Positions 55,379-64,000 of a DNA stretch of 64,000 nt are shown here, piece after piece (the stretch's first letter is position 1; each line of letters opens with the position of its first letter). A program made the position numbers and the translations under genes. The DNA is from Hungatella sp. UBA3048 (GTDB lineage Bacteria; Bacillota; Clostridia; Lachnospirales; Lachnospiraceae). The stretch covers positions 124,253-188,252 of the forward strand of contig DFCS01000044.1 in assembly GCA_002367105.1 (NCBI GenBank), read 5' to 3'. Below the pieces are notes generated by a model. That model did not search any database and had not been told where the DNA came from. It worked only from the letters and a program-made list of their open reading frames with translations.

Positions 55379-56068
55379 ATGGAACGTATTTATGTAATTG
55401 AAGACGATGACAACATCAGGGACTTAATTAAAATTGCCCTGGAAGGTTTTGGCTATGAAGTATCCGCTTTTGAGATGGCGGAAGATGCCTTAAGGCATAT
55501 TGAATCAGATAAACCGGCACTGGCTGTGTTTGATCTGATGCTTCCAGGTATGGACGGTCTGACAGCCATTCGCAGAATTCGGAAAAATGAGTCTTTAAAA
55601 GATATTCCCATTCTTATTCTTACCGCGAAAGACAGGGAGTTTGATAAGGTTGCTGGACTTGATGGCGGAGCCGACGACTACATGACAAAGCCATTTGGAG
55701 TCATGGAACTGGCAGCCAGAATCCGAAGTCTTTTGCGGCGGAGTACCAGGGGAGAGGCAAACGCAAACGAACTGAATCAATATTGCTTAAGTTTAAATAA
55801 AAAAACAAGAGAGGTCTATTGTGACGGCGTTAAGGTTGAACTGACGTTAAAAGAGTTCGAGCTTTTGCAGTATTTAATGGAGAACCATAATAAGGTCGTT
55901 ACCAGAGATGAGCTTTTAAACCACATCTGGGGGTATGATTACGATGGAGAGACCAGGACCCTGGACATGCATATCCGTACGCTCCGGCAAAAGCTGGGAG
56001 AAAACGGCGGTTCCTGCATCAAGACAATCCGCGGCGTAGGCTATCGTTTTATTAAGACGGAAGAGTAG
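55379..56068 (+). CDS. phoP: OmpR-family response regulator (PhoP/PhoB-like)
   Basis: The receiver domain (...VFDLMLPGMDG...) is followed by a winged helix (...RGVGYRF). The Pho assignment rests on context with the Pho boxes and the Pi transporter. Confidence 0.7.
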   Translation: MERIYVIEDDDNIRDLIKIALEGFGYEVSAFEMAEDALRHIESDKPALAVFDLMLPGMDGLTAIRRIRKNESLKDIPILILTAKDREFDKVAGLDGGADDYMTKPFGVMELAARIRSLLRRSTRGEANANELNQYCLSLNKKTREVYCDGVKVELTLKEFELLQYLMENHNKVVTRDELLNHIWGYDYDGETRTLDMHIRTLRQKLGENGGSCIKTIRGVGYRFIKTEE

Positions 56069-56110
56069 GACATGCAATCGTCTGGCTGTATCCGCAGAAT
56101 GAGGGAATCT

Positions 56111-57511
56111 ATGAGAAGCGTTATCTTTAAGAAATTTATCCAGATCATTCTGGTAGTGCTGATACTCAGCAGTTCTGTTTTTTATATTGCTTCCAGCAGC
56201 GCACTGCTTAAAAATTCCAGGAAAGACATGACATACACTCTAAGAGCTATGGATGAGATCCTGGATTATTCCAGTGATCTTGCCGGTGAAATAGGTGATT
56301 TAAAGCAGGCACTCAGTGAGAATGAGAGCCGTTTTACAATTATACGCATGGATGGGAGTATTGTGGCCGATACTGGGAATGTACCGGCCGCTTCCCTGGA
56401 TAATCATTTGGACAGGGAAGAAGTGAAGGAAGCTCTTGCGGAGGGGACCGGCACAGCCAGACGCTATTCCAAGACCCTTAAGGAAAATATGCTTTATGTG
56501 GCGATCCGCTCCTCACGGGCGGATTATATCATTCGTATGGCAATTCCCTATTCCGGCATGAAAGAATACTTAATGCTTCTATTGCCATCGATCTGGCTCA
56601 GCTTTCTGATGGCCATTATGTATTCCGCATTTTCAGCGGACAGCTTTTCAAAATCCATTACAAAGCCGTTAAAGGAAATTTCTCAGGAGATGTTAAAAGT
56701 AAACGGGGATTATACGGACCTTTCTTTTGAAAAATACCAGTATCCGGAGATTAATATTATTGCGGAAACGACAACGGAAATGTCTAGGAACGTAAAAGAA
56801 TATTTAAACCAGATTGAGCTTGAAAAGCAAATCCGCCAGGAATTTTTCAGTAATGCTTCCCATGAGTTAAAAACCCCGATTACATCGGTTCAGGGCTATG
56901 CGGAACTTTTAGAAAGCGGGATCATTCAGGATGAAGAACAAAAGATGGACTTCATAAGACGCATCAAAAAGGAAGCAATTAATATGAATCATCTCATCAA
57001 TGACATCCTTATGATCTCCCGGCTTGAGGCAAAGGAAGCAGAGGTATTAAAAAATGATGTGCGCCTGTCCATTCTTGTAGGCGATATCGTGGAATCTTTA
57101 AAACCACTGGCTGCATCCCATGAAGTCACTGTCCATGTGGATTGCAAACCACTTTGTATTTACGCCAATGGACAGCAAATGAAGGAACTTTTTGGAAACC
57201 TCATAAGCAACGCGGTAAAATACAATAAGCCTGGCGGCGAAGTTTGGGTCACGGTGACAGAAGAGGACCGTAATGTAATAATCCGTGTGAAGGATAATGG
57301 AATGGGTATTCCAAAAGAATCCTTAAGCCGTATATTTGAACGCTTTTACCGGGTGGACAAAGGACGGAGCAAGAAACAGGGCGGAACAGGCCTTGGTTTA
57401 TCCATTGTAAAACACATTGTAAATTTCTATCATGGAACCATTACCGTTCGGTCAGAGCTTGATATGGGAACGGAATTTATGGTAAAGATTCCAATTCAAG
57501 AGAAAATATGA
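56111..57511 (+). CDS. phoR: Sensor histidine kinase (PhoR-like)
   Basis: The H-box is SNASHELKTPITSVQGYAELL. The C-terminal region contains ...GGTGLGLSIVKH... The start is taken at ATG 56111 after GAGGGAA. ATG 56072 and 56099 are alternatives. Confidence 0.7.
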   Translation: MRSVIFKKFIQIILVVLILSSSVFYIASSSALLKNSRKDMTYTLRAMDEILDYSSDLAGEIGDLKQALSENESRFTIIRMDGSIVADTGNVPAASLDNHLDREEVKEALAEGTGTARRYSKTLKENMLYVAIRSSRADYIIRMAIPYSGMKEYLMLLLPSIWLSFLMAIMYSAFSADSFSKSITKPLKEISQEMLKVNGDYTDLSFEKYQYPEINIIAETTTEMSRNVKEYLNQIELEKQIRQEFFSNASHELKTPITSVQGYAELLESGIIQDEEQKMDFIRRIKKEAINMNHLINDILMISRLEAKEAEVLKNDVRLSILVGDIVESLKPLAASHEVTVHVDCKPLCIYANGQQMKELFGNLISNAVKYNKPGGEVWVTVTEEDRNVIIRVKDNGMGIPKESLSRIFERFYRVDKGRSKKQGGTGLGLSIVKHIVNFYHGTITVRSELDMGTEFMVKIPIQEKI

Positions 57512-57548
57512 TAATATTGATTCAGCAAATGATAGGAGGTGTGCAGAT

Positions 57549-58436
57549 ATGGGAAGTTTTATTTTAACCTGCTGTTCCACGGTAGATATGAAGAAGGAAT
57601 TTTTTGAGCAGCGCCAGATTCCCTATGTGTGTTTTCATTATACAATGGATGGCGTTACCTATCCGGATGACTTAGGGCAGAGCATTCCCTTTCCTGAGTT
57701 TTATGACCGGATCGCCAAAGGTGCAACCCCAGTGACTTCCCAGGTCAATGTGGAAGAATATTGTGATTTTTTTGAACCATTTTTAAAGGAAGGCAAAGAT
57801 ATATTGCACCTTACTCTTTCCTCCGGTATTTCAGGAACCTACAATTCTGCATGCGTGGCCAGGGAAGAAATGAGTTCCAGATATCCGGACAGAAAGATCG
57901 TCATTGTGGACTCCCTGGGGGCTTCTGCCGGTTATGGACTTCTGACCGATTCAGTGGCAGACTTAAGGGATAAAGGGGTTTCCCTGGAAGAGGCGGCAGA
58001 GTGGACGGAGAATCATAAATTATTCGTGCATCACTGGTTTTTCTCCACGGATTTGACCAGTTTTAAGCGGGGAGGCAGGATTTCAGCCACATCTGCAATG
58101 CTTGGCACAGTGCTTAACATCTGCCCTCTCATGAGCATTGACGACACGGGGCATTTGATTCCCAGGCAGAAGATCCGTACCAAGAAAAAGGCCATCCAGG
58201 AGATCATAAACACAATGGAAGCCCATGCAAAGGGCGGGAGAGATTACAGCGGCAAATGCTTCCTTTCCTATTCCGCCTGTGAAAATGATGCCAGGGAAGT
58301 TGCGGCCCTGGTGGAGGAACGCTTCCAAAAGCTTTCCGGAAAGGTGCTGTTAAACAGCATTGGCGCAGTCATCGGCTCCCATACCGGACCTGGTACTGTG
58401 GCATTATTTTTCTGGGGTGATAAAAGAACTGATTAA
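57549..58436 (+). CDS. DegV-family fatty-acid-binding protein
   Basis: The 295-aa product contains typical DegV blocks: ...TSQVNVEEY..., ...LSSGISGTYNSA... and ...IGSHTGPG... Confidence 0.85.
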   Translation: MGSFILTCCSTVDMKKEFFEQRQIPYVCFHYTMDGVTYPDDLGQSIPFPEFYDRIAKGATPVTSQVNVEEYCDFFEPFLKEGKDILHLTLSSGISGTYNSACVAREEMSSRYPDRKIVIVDSLGASAGYGLLTDSVADLRDKGVSLEEAAEWTENHKLFVHHWFFSTDLTSFKRGGRISATSAMLGTVLNICPLMSIDDTGHLIPRQKIRTKKKAIQEIINTMEAHAKGGRDYSGKCFLSYSACENDAREVAALVEERFQKLSGKVLLNSIGAVIGSHTGPGTVALFFWGDKRTD

Positions 58437-58440
58437 TTCC

Positions 58441-58493
58441 AATCCCGGAGAGCATTTTCATAATCATGAGGATGCTCTCCGGGATTTTCTTTT
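58441..58493 (+). terminator. degV terminator
   Basis: A perfect 15-bp stem AATCCCGGAGAGCAT / ATGCTCTCCGGGATT is followed by TTCTTTT. Confidence 0.8.
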
Positions 58494-58551
58494 ACATAAA
58501 TGCCAAAGTGTGATAAGATAAATGCTGAATGCAGGAAAAAGGAGAGCTCTT

Positions 58552-59067
58552 ATGAAAGTAAAAAATTCAGCACATGTGGCAGCGTTGTACGGTATGCTGA
58601 TTGCACTGGCGTTTGTTCTCAGCTTTGTAGAAACCCTGATTCCCATTTCCCTCGGAATACCGGGTGTAAAGCTGGGTCTTGCCAATCTGGTCACGGTTGT
58701 AGGGCTCTATACGGTTGGAACAGGCGGAACGGTTGTCATTTCACTTTTGCGGATCGTTCTCACCGGATTTACCTTTGGAAACTTGTTTGCCATGCTCTAC
58801 AGCCTGGGGGGCTGGAGCTTAAGTCTGCTTTTAATGGTTATTTGCAGGAGAAAAAACTGGATCGGCCAGGCGGGAATCAGTATTCTGGGAGGCGTGGGGC
58901 ATAACATCGGACAGGTTTGCGTGGCTGCCCTTGTGGTCAAGCAGGCCGGAGTATTCTTTTATCTTCCCTTACTTTTGATATCCGGTACAGCCGCCGGACT
59001 TATCATAGGGATCCTGGGCGGCATCATTATAAGCCGGATCAGTAATTTTATTAAAAAAATGCAATAA
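58552..59067 (+). CDS. Gx-transporter / heptaprenyl-diphosphate-synthase-component-I-like membrane protein
   Basis: ATG 58552 follows AAAAGGAGAG. The 171-aa polytopic product contains ...LIPISLGIPGVKLGLANLVT...RIVLTGFTFGN...GGVGHNIGQ... The family call is from memory of the pattern and is tentative. Confidence 0.5.
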   Translation: MKVKNSAHVAALYGMLIALAFVLSFVETLIPISLGIPGVKLGLANLVTVVGLYTVGTGGTVVISLLRIVLTGFTFGNLFAMLYSLGGWSLSLLLMVICRRKNWIGQAGISILGGVGHNIGQVCVAALVVKQAGVFFYLPLLLISGTAAGLIIGILGGIIISRISNFIKKMQ

Positions 59068-59172
59068 AAACAAAATATAGGATATTGTTTTGCCGCTTTT
59101 GGAAATGTATAATGGGATAGGTATATTAGGATAGGTATAATAGGATAAAAAGAAACCAGGAGGAACATCACA

Positions 59173-60690
59173 ATGATTTACGAGGCAATTAAGAAACTGG
59201 TACAATATGGACGGAACACAGGCTTGATCGGGGAAGCGGACCGGTTTTATGCCCTTAACCAAATCCTTGATGTAATGATGATGGACGAGTATGAGGAGAC
59301 AGAAGGAATACCGGAAGATATTGATCTGGAAGCTGTTTTGCACGAATTACTTGATTATGCATGCCAGGCCGGAATCATAGAAGAAGACAGTGTTACATAC
59401 CGGGATTTGTTTGATACAAAACTGATGAATTGTCTGATGCCAAGACCTAGCGAAATAGAAAAAACGTTCTGGGAGCTGTATCGGGGCCAGTCACCTGAGG
59501 CTGCAACCGGATATTATTATAAACTGAGCCAGGATTCCGATTATATCAGGCGGTACCGGATAAAGAAGGATATGCGGTGGGTGACCTCCACTAAGTACGG
59601 AGACTTGGATATTACGGTGAACTTATCAAAGCCTGAGAAGGATCCAAAGGCGATTGCCGCAGCAAAGCTTGCTAAACAAGGCGGTTATCCCAAATGCCAG
59701 CTTTGTATGGAAAATGAGGGCTATGCCGGAAGGACCAATCATCCGGCCAGAAATAACCACAGGATCATCCGTCTTGAAATCAATAACAGTGAGTGGGGCT
59801 TTCAGTATTCCCCCTATGTTTATTATAACGAGCACTGTATCGTTTTCAACGGTAAGCATATCCCCATGAAGATAGAGAGAGATACCTTTGTAAAATTGTT
59901 TGATTTTGTCAAGCAGTTTCCTCACTACTTCCTTGGTTCCAATGCAGATCTGCCTATTGTAGGAGGATCCATCCTGTCTCACGACCATTTTCAGGGAGGG
60001 AATTATGATTTTGCAATGGCAAAGGCCCCCATGGAGAGTTGTTTCCAGCTGGAAGGCTTTGAGGGAGTGGAAGCCGGAATCGTGAAATGGCCGATGTCCG
60101 TACTGCGTACCAGAAGCAAAAACCCGGAAGACTTAATCACCCTCGGTACAAAGATTCTTGATGCCTGGAGGGCTTATACGGACGAGGAAGCCTTTATTTT
60201 TGCAGAAACGGACGGAGAGCCTCACAACACCATTACTCCTATTGCCAGAATGAGGGATGGCGTATACGAACTTGATCTGGTCTTAAGAAATAATATCACC
60301 ACAGAAGAATTCCCTCTTGGAGTTTACCACCCTCACCAGGAGCTTCATCATATCAAGAAAGAAAATATCGGCTTAATTGAAGTCATGGGATTGGCAGTCC
60401 TGCCTTCCAGGTTAAAGGAAGAGTTGAACCTGTTAGCTCAGTGCATTGTGGAAGGGAAAAGCATAAGAGATGTAGAAACCATTGAGAAGCACGCAGATTG
60501 GGCGGAGGCTTTCCTTGGAAGATATGAAGAAGTGACAAATGAAAATGTGGATGAAATTCTAAAGAAGGAAGTTGGCCTGGTATTTGAACGGGTTTTGGAG
60601 GATTCGGGCGTATACAAATGCGATGAGCAGGGACGGAATGGGTTTGGGCGTTTCCTTGCCAGTGTCGGATTTACTCCCTGTTCACAATAG
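59173..60690 (+). CDS. galT: UDP-glucose--hexose-1-phosphate uridylyltransferase, type 2 (about 500 aa)
   Basis: The blocks are ...CQLCMENEGY...NHPAR...SPYVYYNEHCIVF...GGSILSHDHFQGG... The RBS is AGGAGGAA. Confidence 0.85.
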   Translation: MIYEAIKKLVQYGRNTGLIGEADRFYALNQILDVMMMDEYEETEGIPEDIDLEAVLHELLDYACQAGIIEEDSVTYRDLFDTKLMNCLMPRPSEIEKTFWELYRGQSPEAATGYYYKLSQDSDYIRRYRIKKDMRWVTSTKYGDLDITVNLSKPEKDPKAIAAAKLAKQGGYPKCQLCMENEGYAGRTNHPARNNHRIIRLEINNSEWGFQYSPYVYYNEHCIVFNGKHIPMKIERDTFVKLFDFVKQFPHYFLGSNADLPIVGGSILSHDHFQGGNYDFAMAKAPMESCFQLEGFEGVEAGIVKWPMSVLRTRSKNPEDLITLGTKILDAWRAYTDEEAFIFAETDGEPHNTITPIARMRDGVYELDLVLRNNITTEEFPLGVYHPHQELHHIKKENIGLIEVMGLAVLPSRLKEELNLLAQCIVEGKSIRDVETIEKHADWAEAFLGRYEEVTNENVDEILKKEVGLVFERVLEDSGVYKCDEQGRNGFGRFLASVGFTPCSQ

Positions 60691-60837
60691 AAAGACTGTG
60701 AGAATATCAGATGGAATTGTGTTTGTAATTACCGCCCCTTTGAGGTATAGTCGAGTGGGAGTGAAAGGAAACTATGAATTCACTCAAAAACGTACAGAAC
60801 CGGCTTAAAGGAGCCGGAGGGAGATAGACAAACAGTC

Positions 60838-61701
60838 ATGAAGCAGATAGAAAACAAAACACTGAGAACGCTTGCAGAGTATGGACTGATCACGTTCAGC
60901 ATCTGGATTATGGTAGTGGGGATTTATTTCTTCAAATTCCCCAATAATTTTGCATTCGGAGGTGTCACAGGGTTTGCGACGGTTATCAGTGCATTAACCC
61001 ATTGGTCGGCCAGTGAGTTCACAAACATTGTGAACGCAGTTTTACTGGTGGCTGGCTTTCTCTTCCTGGGACGGAACTTTGGGATTAAGACGGTTTACGC
61101 CACTCTCATGATGACCGTATTTCTTTACTTTTTGGAACGGCTGTATCCTATAACAAGGCCCCTTACCAGGGAACCGCTTTTGGAATTGATCTTTGCGATT
61201 CTGTTGCCAAGCGTAGGCTCTGCGCTCCTTTTTAACACCGGAGCTTCCAGCGGGGGAACGGATATTATCGCCATGATACTGAAACGGTACACCAGCCTTA
61301 ATATTGGAACCGTGCTTTTGCTGGTGGATGTGACAGGAGTCATTCTGGCCTACTTTGTATTTGGGCCGGAGACAGGGTTATTCTCTTCCCTGGGTTTATT
61401 AGCCAAATCCCTTGTGATAGGGGATGTCATCGAAAACATTAATCTGTGCAAGTGTTTCAGCATCATTTGTGATGACCCGGGGCCCATCTGCGATTATATT
61501 ATTCATGGACTTAACCGGAGTGCCACGGTTTATGAGGCACAGGGCGCGTTCAGTCATCATAAAAAAACAGTCATTCTGACGACTATGAAACGATCACAGG
61601 CACTGAAGCTGAAAAATTACATTCATACAGTGGAGCCAACAGCGTTTATACTGATATCTAATTCCAGCGAGATAATAGGAAAAGGATTTCTTGCCAATTA
61701 A
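60838..61701 (+). CDS. YitT-family membrane protein (DUF2179 C-terminal domain)
   Basis: The blocks are ...FKFPNNFAFGGVTG...GASSGGTDIIAMIL... followed by a C-terminal soluble domain. Confidence 0.8.
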   Translation: MKQIENKTLRTLAEYGLITFSIWIMVVGIYFFKFPNNFAFGGVTGFATVISALTHWSASEFTNIVNAVLLVAGFLFLGRNFGIKTVYATLMMTVFLYFLERLYPITRPLTREPLLELIFAILLPSVGSALLFNTGASSGGTDIIAMILKRYTSLNIGTVLLLVDVTGVILAYFVFGPETGLFSSLGLLAKSLVIGDVIENINLCKCFSIICDDPGPICDYIIHGLNRSATVYEAQGAFSHHKKTVILTTMKRSQALKLKNYIHTVEPTAFILISNSSEIIGKGFLAN

Positions 61702-61736
61702 AAAAAACCGGAGAACATAGATTCTCCGGTTTTTTT
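61701..61736. terminator. Terminator after the yitT-like gene
   Basis: The sequence AAAAAAACCGGAGAA catag A TTCTCCGGTTTTTTT has the stem flanked by A and T runs. Confidence 0.85.
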
Positions 61737-61913
61737 GATGAATGGAGCAGGAAAAGTGGGATCAGGTTTCGTCATTTTTTACAAAAATGTACTTTAGCAC
61801 ATTAAAAACGCATAAAATTAAAGCAATAAAATTGACGGCTAATCTTTTTTGTAGTATGATACGAATTAAGTTCCAAAAAGGACGAAATTTTGGAAGGAAG
61901 AGGAGAGAAGATT

Positions 61914-62951
61914 ATGAAGAAATCAGCAAATGTTTTATCATTGGTTCTTGCCGGCGCCATGATGTTGTCCTTAACAGCATGCGGCAGCAAAGCACCAGAC
62001 ACGGGGACCTCAGCTCCGGAAACCACGACTGCAGCAGAAAAAACAAGTGATGCAGCAGAATCCACGGGAGAAAAGACAGCAGATGGAAAGCAGTATAAAA
62101 TCGGGGTTCTCCAGCTTGTACAGCATGCAGCCTTAGATGCATCCAATAAAGGCTTTATCCAGGCGCTGGATGATGCAGGTCTAAACTATACCGTTGACCA
62201 GCAGAACGCCTCCGGTGATCAGTCTACGTGCCAGACCATTGCCAGCAAGCTGGTTAATGACAACGACGATTTGATCCTTGCCATTGCAACACCGGCGGCT
62301 CAGGCTGTGGCAGGTGCCACAAGCGATATCCCGATTCTGTTGACAGCGGTCACGGATCCGGCATCTTCCGATCTGGTTGAGAGCAACGATAACCCAGGAG
62401 GAAACGTAAGCGGCACCTCTGATTTAACTCCGGTGAAAGAGCAGATAGCTCTCTTAAAAAAGATTCTCCCTGATACAAAAACTGTGGGAATTCTTTTCTG
62501 CTCCGCAGAATCCAATTCTGAAATCCAGGCTAAGATGGCAAAAGATGCAATTGAAGCGGAAGGCATGACAGCGGTGGAGTATACTGTATCCAATTCCAAC
62601 GAGATCCAGACAGTTGTTACCTCCATGGTAGGCAAAGTAAATGCAATCTATACTCCTACCGATAATACCATTGCTGCAGGTATGGCAACCGTGAGCATGG
62701 TAGCGAATGAAAACGGCATTCCGGTAATCTGCGGAGAAGAAGGTATGGTAAATGCCGGCGGTCTTGCTACATATGGCATTGATTATTATGAACTGGGTTA
62801 CTTAACCGGACAGCAGGCAGTAAAGATCCTGACAGAGGGTGCGGATATCTCCAAGATGCCGATTGAATACCTTCCTTTGGATAAGTGTAAGCTGACTGTC
62901 AATGAGGAAACAGCAAAGACCCTGGGAATTGATATTTCAAACCTTAAATAG
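61914..62951 (+). CDS. ABC transporter substrate-binding lipoprotein (ABC_sub_bind / BMP-like family)
   Basis: ATG 61914 is the preferred start. The lipobox is LSLTACGS. The blocks ...YKIGVLQLVQHAALD... and ...AIATPAAQA... are typical of this family. Confidence 0.75.
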   Translation: MKKSANVLSLVLAGAMMLSLTACGSKAPDTGTSAPETTTAAEKTSDAAESTGEKTADGKQYKIGVLQLVQHAALDASNKGFIQALDDAGLNYTVDQQNASGDQSTCQTIASKLVNDNDDLILAIATPAAQAVAGATSDIPILLTAVTDPASSDLVESNDNPGGNVSGTSDLTPVKEQIALLKKILPDTKTVGILFCSAESNSEIQAKMAKDAIEAEGMTAVEYTVSNSNEIQTVVTSMVGKVNAIYTPTDNTIAAGMATVSMVANENGIPVICGEEGMVNAGGLATYGIDYYELGYLTGQQAVKILTEGADISKMPIEYLPLDKCKLTVNEETAKTLGIDISNLK

Positions 62952-62972
62952 CGGTTTTAAAAAGTAATGAGC

Positions 62973-63058
62973 GGCTGGCGGGACTTATTTGAATGGCCCG
63001 CCTGCCAGCCATAGATGCTTTACATAAAGGATGGGCTTTCATTCTTTATGTAAGGCAT
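62973..63058 (+). other. Two intercistronic hairpins between the binding-protein and permease genes
   Basis: The first pairs GGCTGGCGGG...CCCGCCTGCCAGCC. The second pairs ATGCTTTACATAAAG...CTTTATGTAAGGCAT. Neither has a clear U-tract. They may be an attenuator or mRNA-stabilising elements. Confidence 0.4.
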
Positions 63059-63127
63059 TTATGTCTATGAAAGCTCTTTGGGCATTGCAGGAAATATGAA
63101 ACGAGAAAATACGCGGAGGAAAGATTG

Positions 63128-64000
63128 ATGAGTGGTTTGTTGGTATCCCTTCAGGATGCAGTTGTTCAGGGGGTTTTATGGGGGATTATGGTTTTAGGAG
63201 TTTACATTACCTACAAACTATTGGACATTGCCGATTTGACGGTAGATGGAAGCTTTGCGATGGGCGGCTGTGTGTGCGCCGTTATGATACTTAATTTTCA
63301 CGTTGATCCCTGGATTGCCTTAGGGATTGCAGCAGCGGCCGGGATGGCAGCCGGGGCAGTGACCGGGTTGTTACATACGATCTTTGAGATACCGGCGATT
63401 CTGGCAGGAATCCTGACTCAGATCGGTCTTTGGTCCATAAATCTCCGGATTATGGGCGGAAAGAGTAATGTGCCGCTTTTAAAGACTGATACAATTATGT
63501 CTAAATTTATAGCGGTTACCGGGTTAAGCAAGCAGGCAGCCGCAATGATCATCGGAATCGGCCTGGCAATCGTAATGATTTCCTTTCTTTACTGGTTCTT
63601 TGGAACAGAAATCGGCAGTGCCATGCGTGCTACAGGTAATAATCAGGCAATGATACGCGCTCAGGGTGTCAATACAAACTTGACAAAGCTTTTGGCCCTC
63701 ACCATCAGCAACGGACTTGTAGGACTTTCCGGAGGGCTGGTCTGTCAAAGCCAGAAATATGCGGATATCGGTATGGGTACCGGTGCGATTGTCATTGGCC
63801 TTGCCGCGATTGTTATCGGTGATGTGCTGATGGGGAAACTTCGTTCCTTTGCAAGTAAGCTTATTTCTGCAGTCGTGGGGTCCGTTATATATTTTGTGAT
63901 CCGAGCTGTGGTTTTAAGAATGGGTATGGATGCCAATGATATGAAGCTTTTGTCGGCTGCGATCGTTGCAGTGGCACTTTGCGTTCCGGTCATGGTGAAT
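63128..64000 (+). CDS. ABC transporter permease (branched-chain/BPD_transp_2-like), 3' end outside window
   Basis: This gene is absent from the ORF track because there is no stop within the window. ATG 63128 follows GGAGGAAAG. I translated it by hand for 291 codons to the window edge (MSGLLVSLQDAVVQGVLWGIMVLGVYITYKLLDIADLTVDGSFAMGG...). It is polytopic. Confidence 0.75.
   Translation, partial: MSGLLVSLQDAVVQGVLWGIMVLGVYITYKLLDIADLTVDGSFAMGGCVCAVMILNFHVDPWIALGIAAAAGMAAGAVTGLLHTIFEIPAILAGILTQIGLWSINLRIMGGKSNVPLLKTDTIMSKFIAVTGLSKQAAAMIIGIGLAIVMISFLYWFFGTEIGSAMRATGNNQAMIRAQGVNTNLTKLLALTISNGLVGLSGGLVCQSQKYADIGMGTGAIVIGLAAIVIGDVLMGKLRSFASKLISAVVGSVIYFVIRAVVLRMGMDANDMKLLSAAIVAVALCVPVMVN

Noticed and set aside
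1-64000. CRISPR arrays, rRNA/tRNA genes, transposases and prophage structural genes
   Set aside because: I saw no regularly spaced repeat arrays, rRNA signatures, complete tRNA cloverleaves or recognisable transposase or phage ORFs in either strand's ORF set. The only recombinase is the sigK-element serine recombinase.

Overview
This 64-kb chromosomal window comes from a spore-forming Firmicute. Gene content looks like Clostridia, possibly Lachnospiraceae, but the taxon cannot be verified without a search. All calls rest on reading the ORF translations and the DNA by eye. No database search was run, and RNA element ends are approximate to about 5-10 nt.

The backbone is ordinary metabolism and transport:
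- RNase P RNA, pyrBI, and a ZTP-riboswitch-controlled purO/purH pair.
- An Opp/Dpp-type ABC operon and a RAT/LicT-controlled PTS operon.
- lrgAB and a THF-riboswitch-controlled folT.
- Two MacB/FtsX-type ABC systems and a Pho-box-controlled Na/Pi transporter with phoPR.
- degV, galT and others.

Two accessory insertions stand out.

(1) The sporulation sigma factor gene sigK is split into a 5' segment (10452-10719) and a 3' segment (16500-16865).
- The intervening element is 5781 bp, resembles the skin element, and is bounded by a shared AATG core.
- It carries a large serine recombinase at its right end. Its cargo is a complete [NiFe]-hydrogenase structural operon: maturation protease, HypA-like protein, cytochrome-b5-like protein, small subunit and large subunit.
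- The recombinase stop codon is formed by the attR junction itself.

(2) A very AT-rich island lies at about 26.3-37.9 kb.
- It encodes a class I lanthipeptide cluster: an FDLD-leader precursor, LanB, LanT and LanC.
- A SunS-like family-2 glycosyltransferase with a TPR-like tail sits immediately downstream of lanC.
- A complete agr-type quorum-sensing set brackets the cluster: agrD, agrB, an AgrC-like kinase and an AgrA-like LytTR regulator. A textbook pair of 10-bp direct repeats lies upstream of agrD.
- A glycosylated class I lanthipeptide under agr control is my best candidate for an undescribed system.

Smaller oddities are listed as findings:
- a gene-poor, repeat-bearing stretch downstream of rnpB with a small membrane-peptide ORF and an orphan promoter-terminator unit;
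- large palindromes between pyrB and an ABC operon;
- candidate response-regulator operators.
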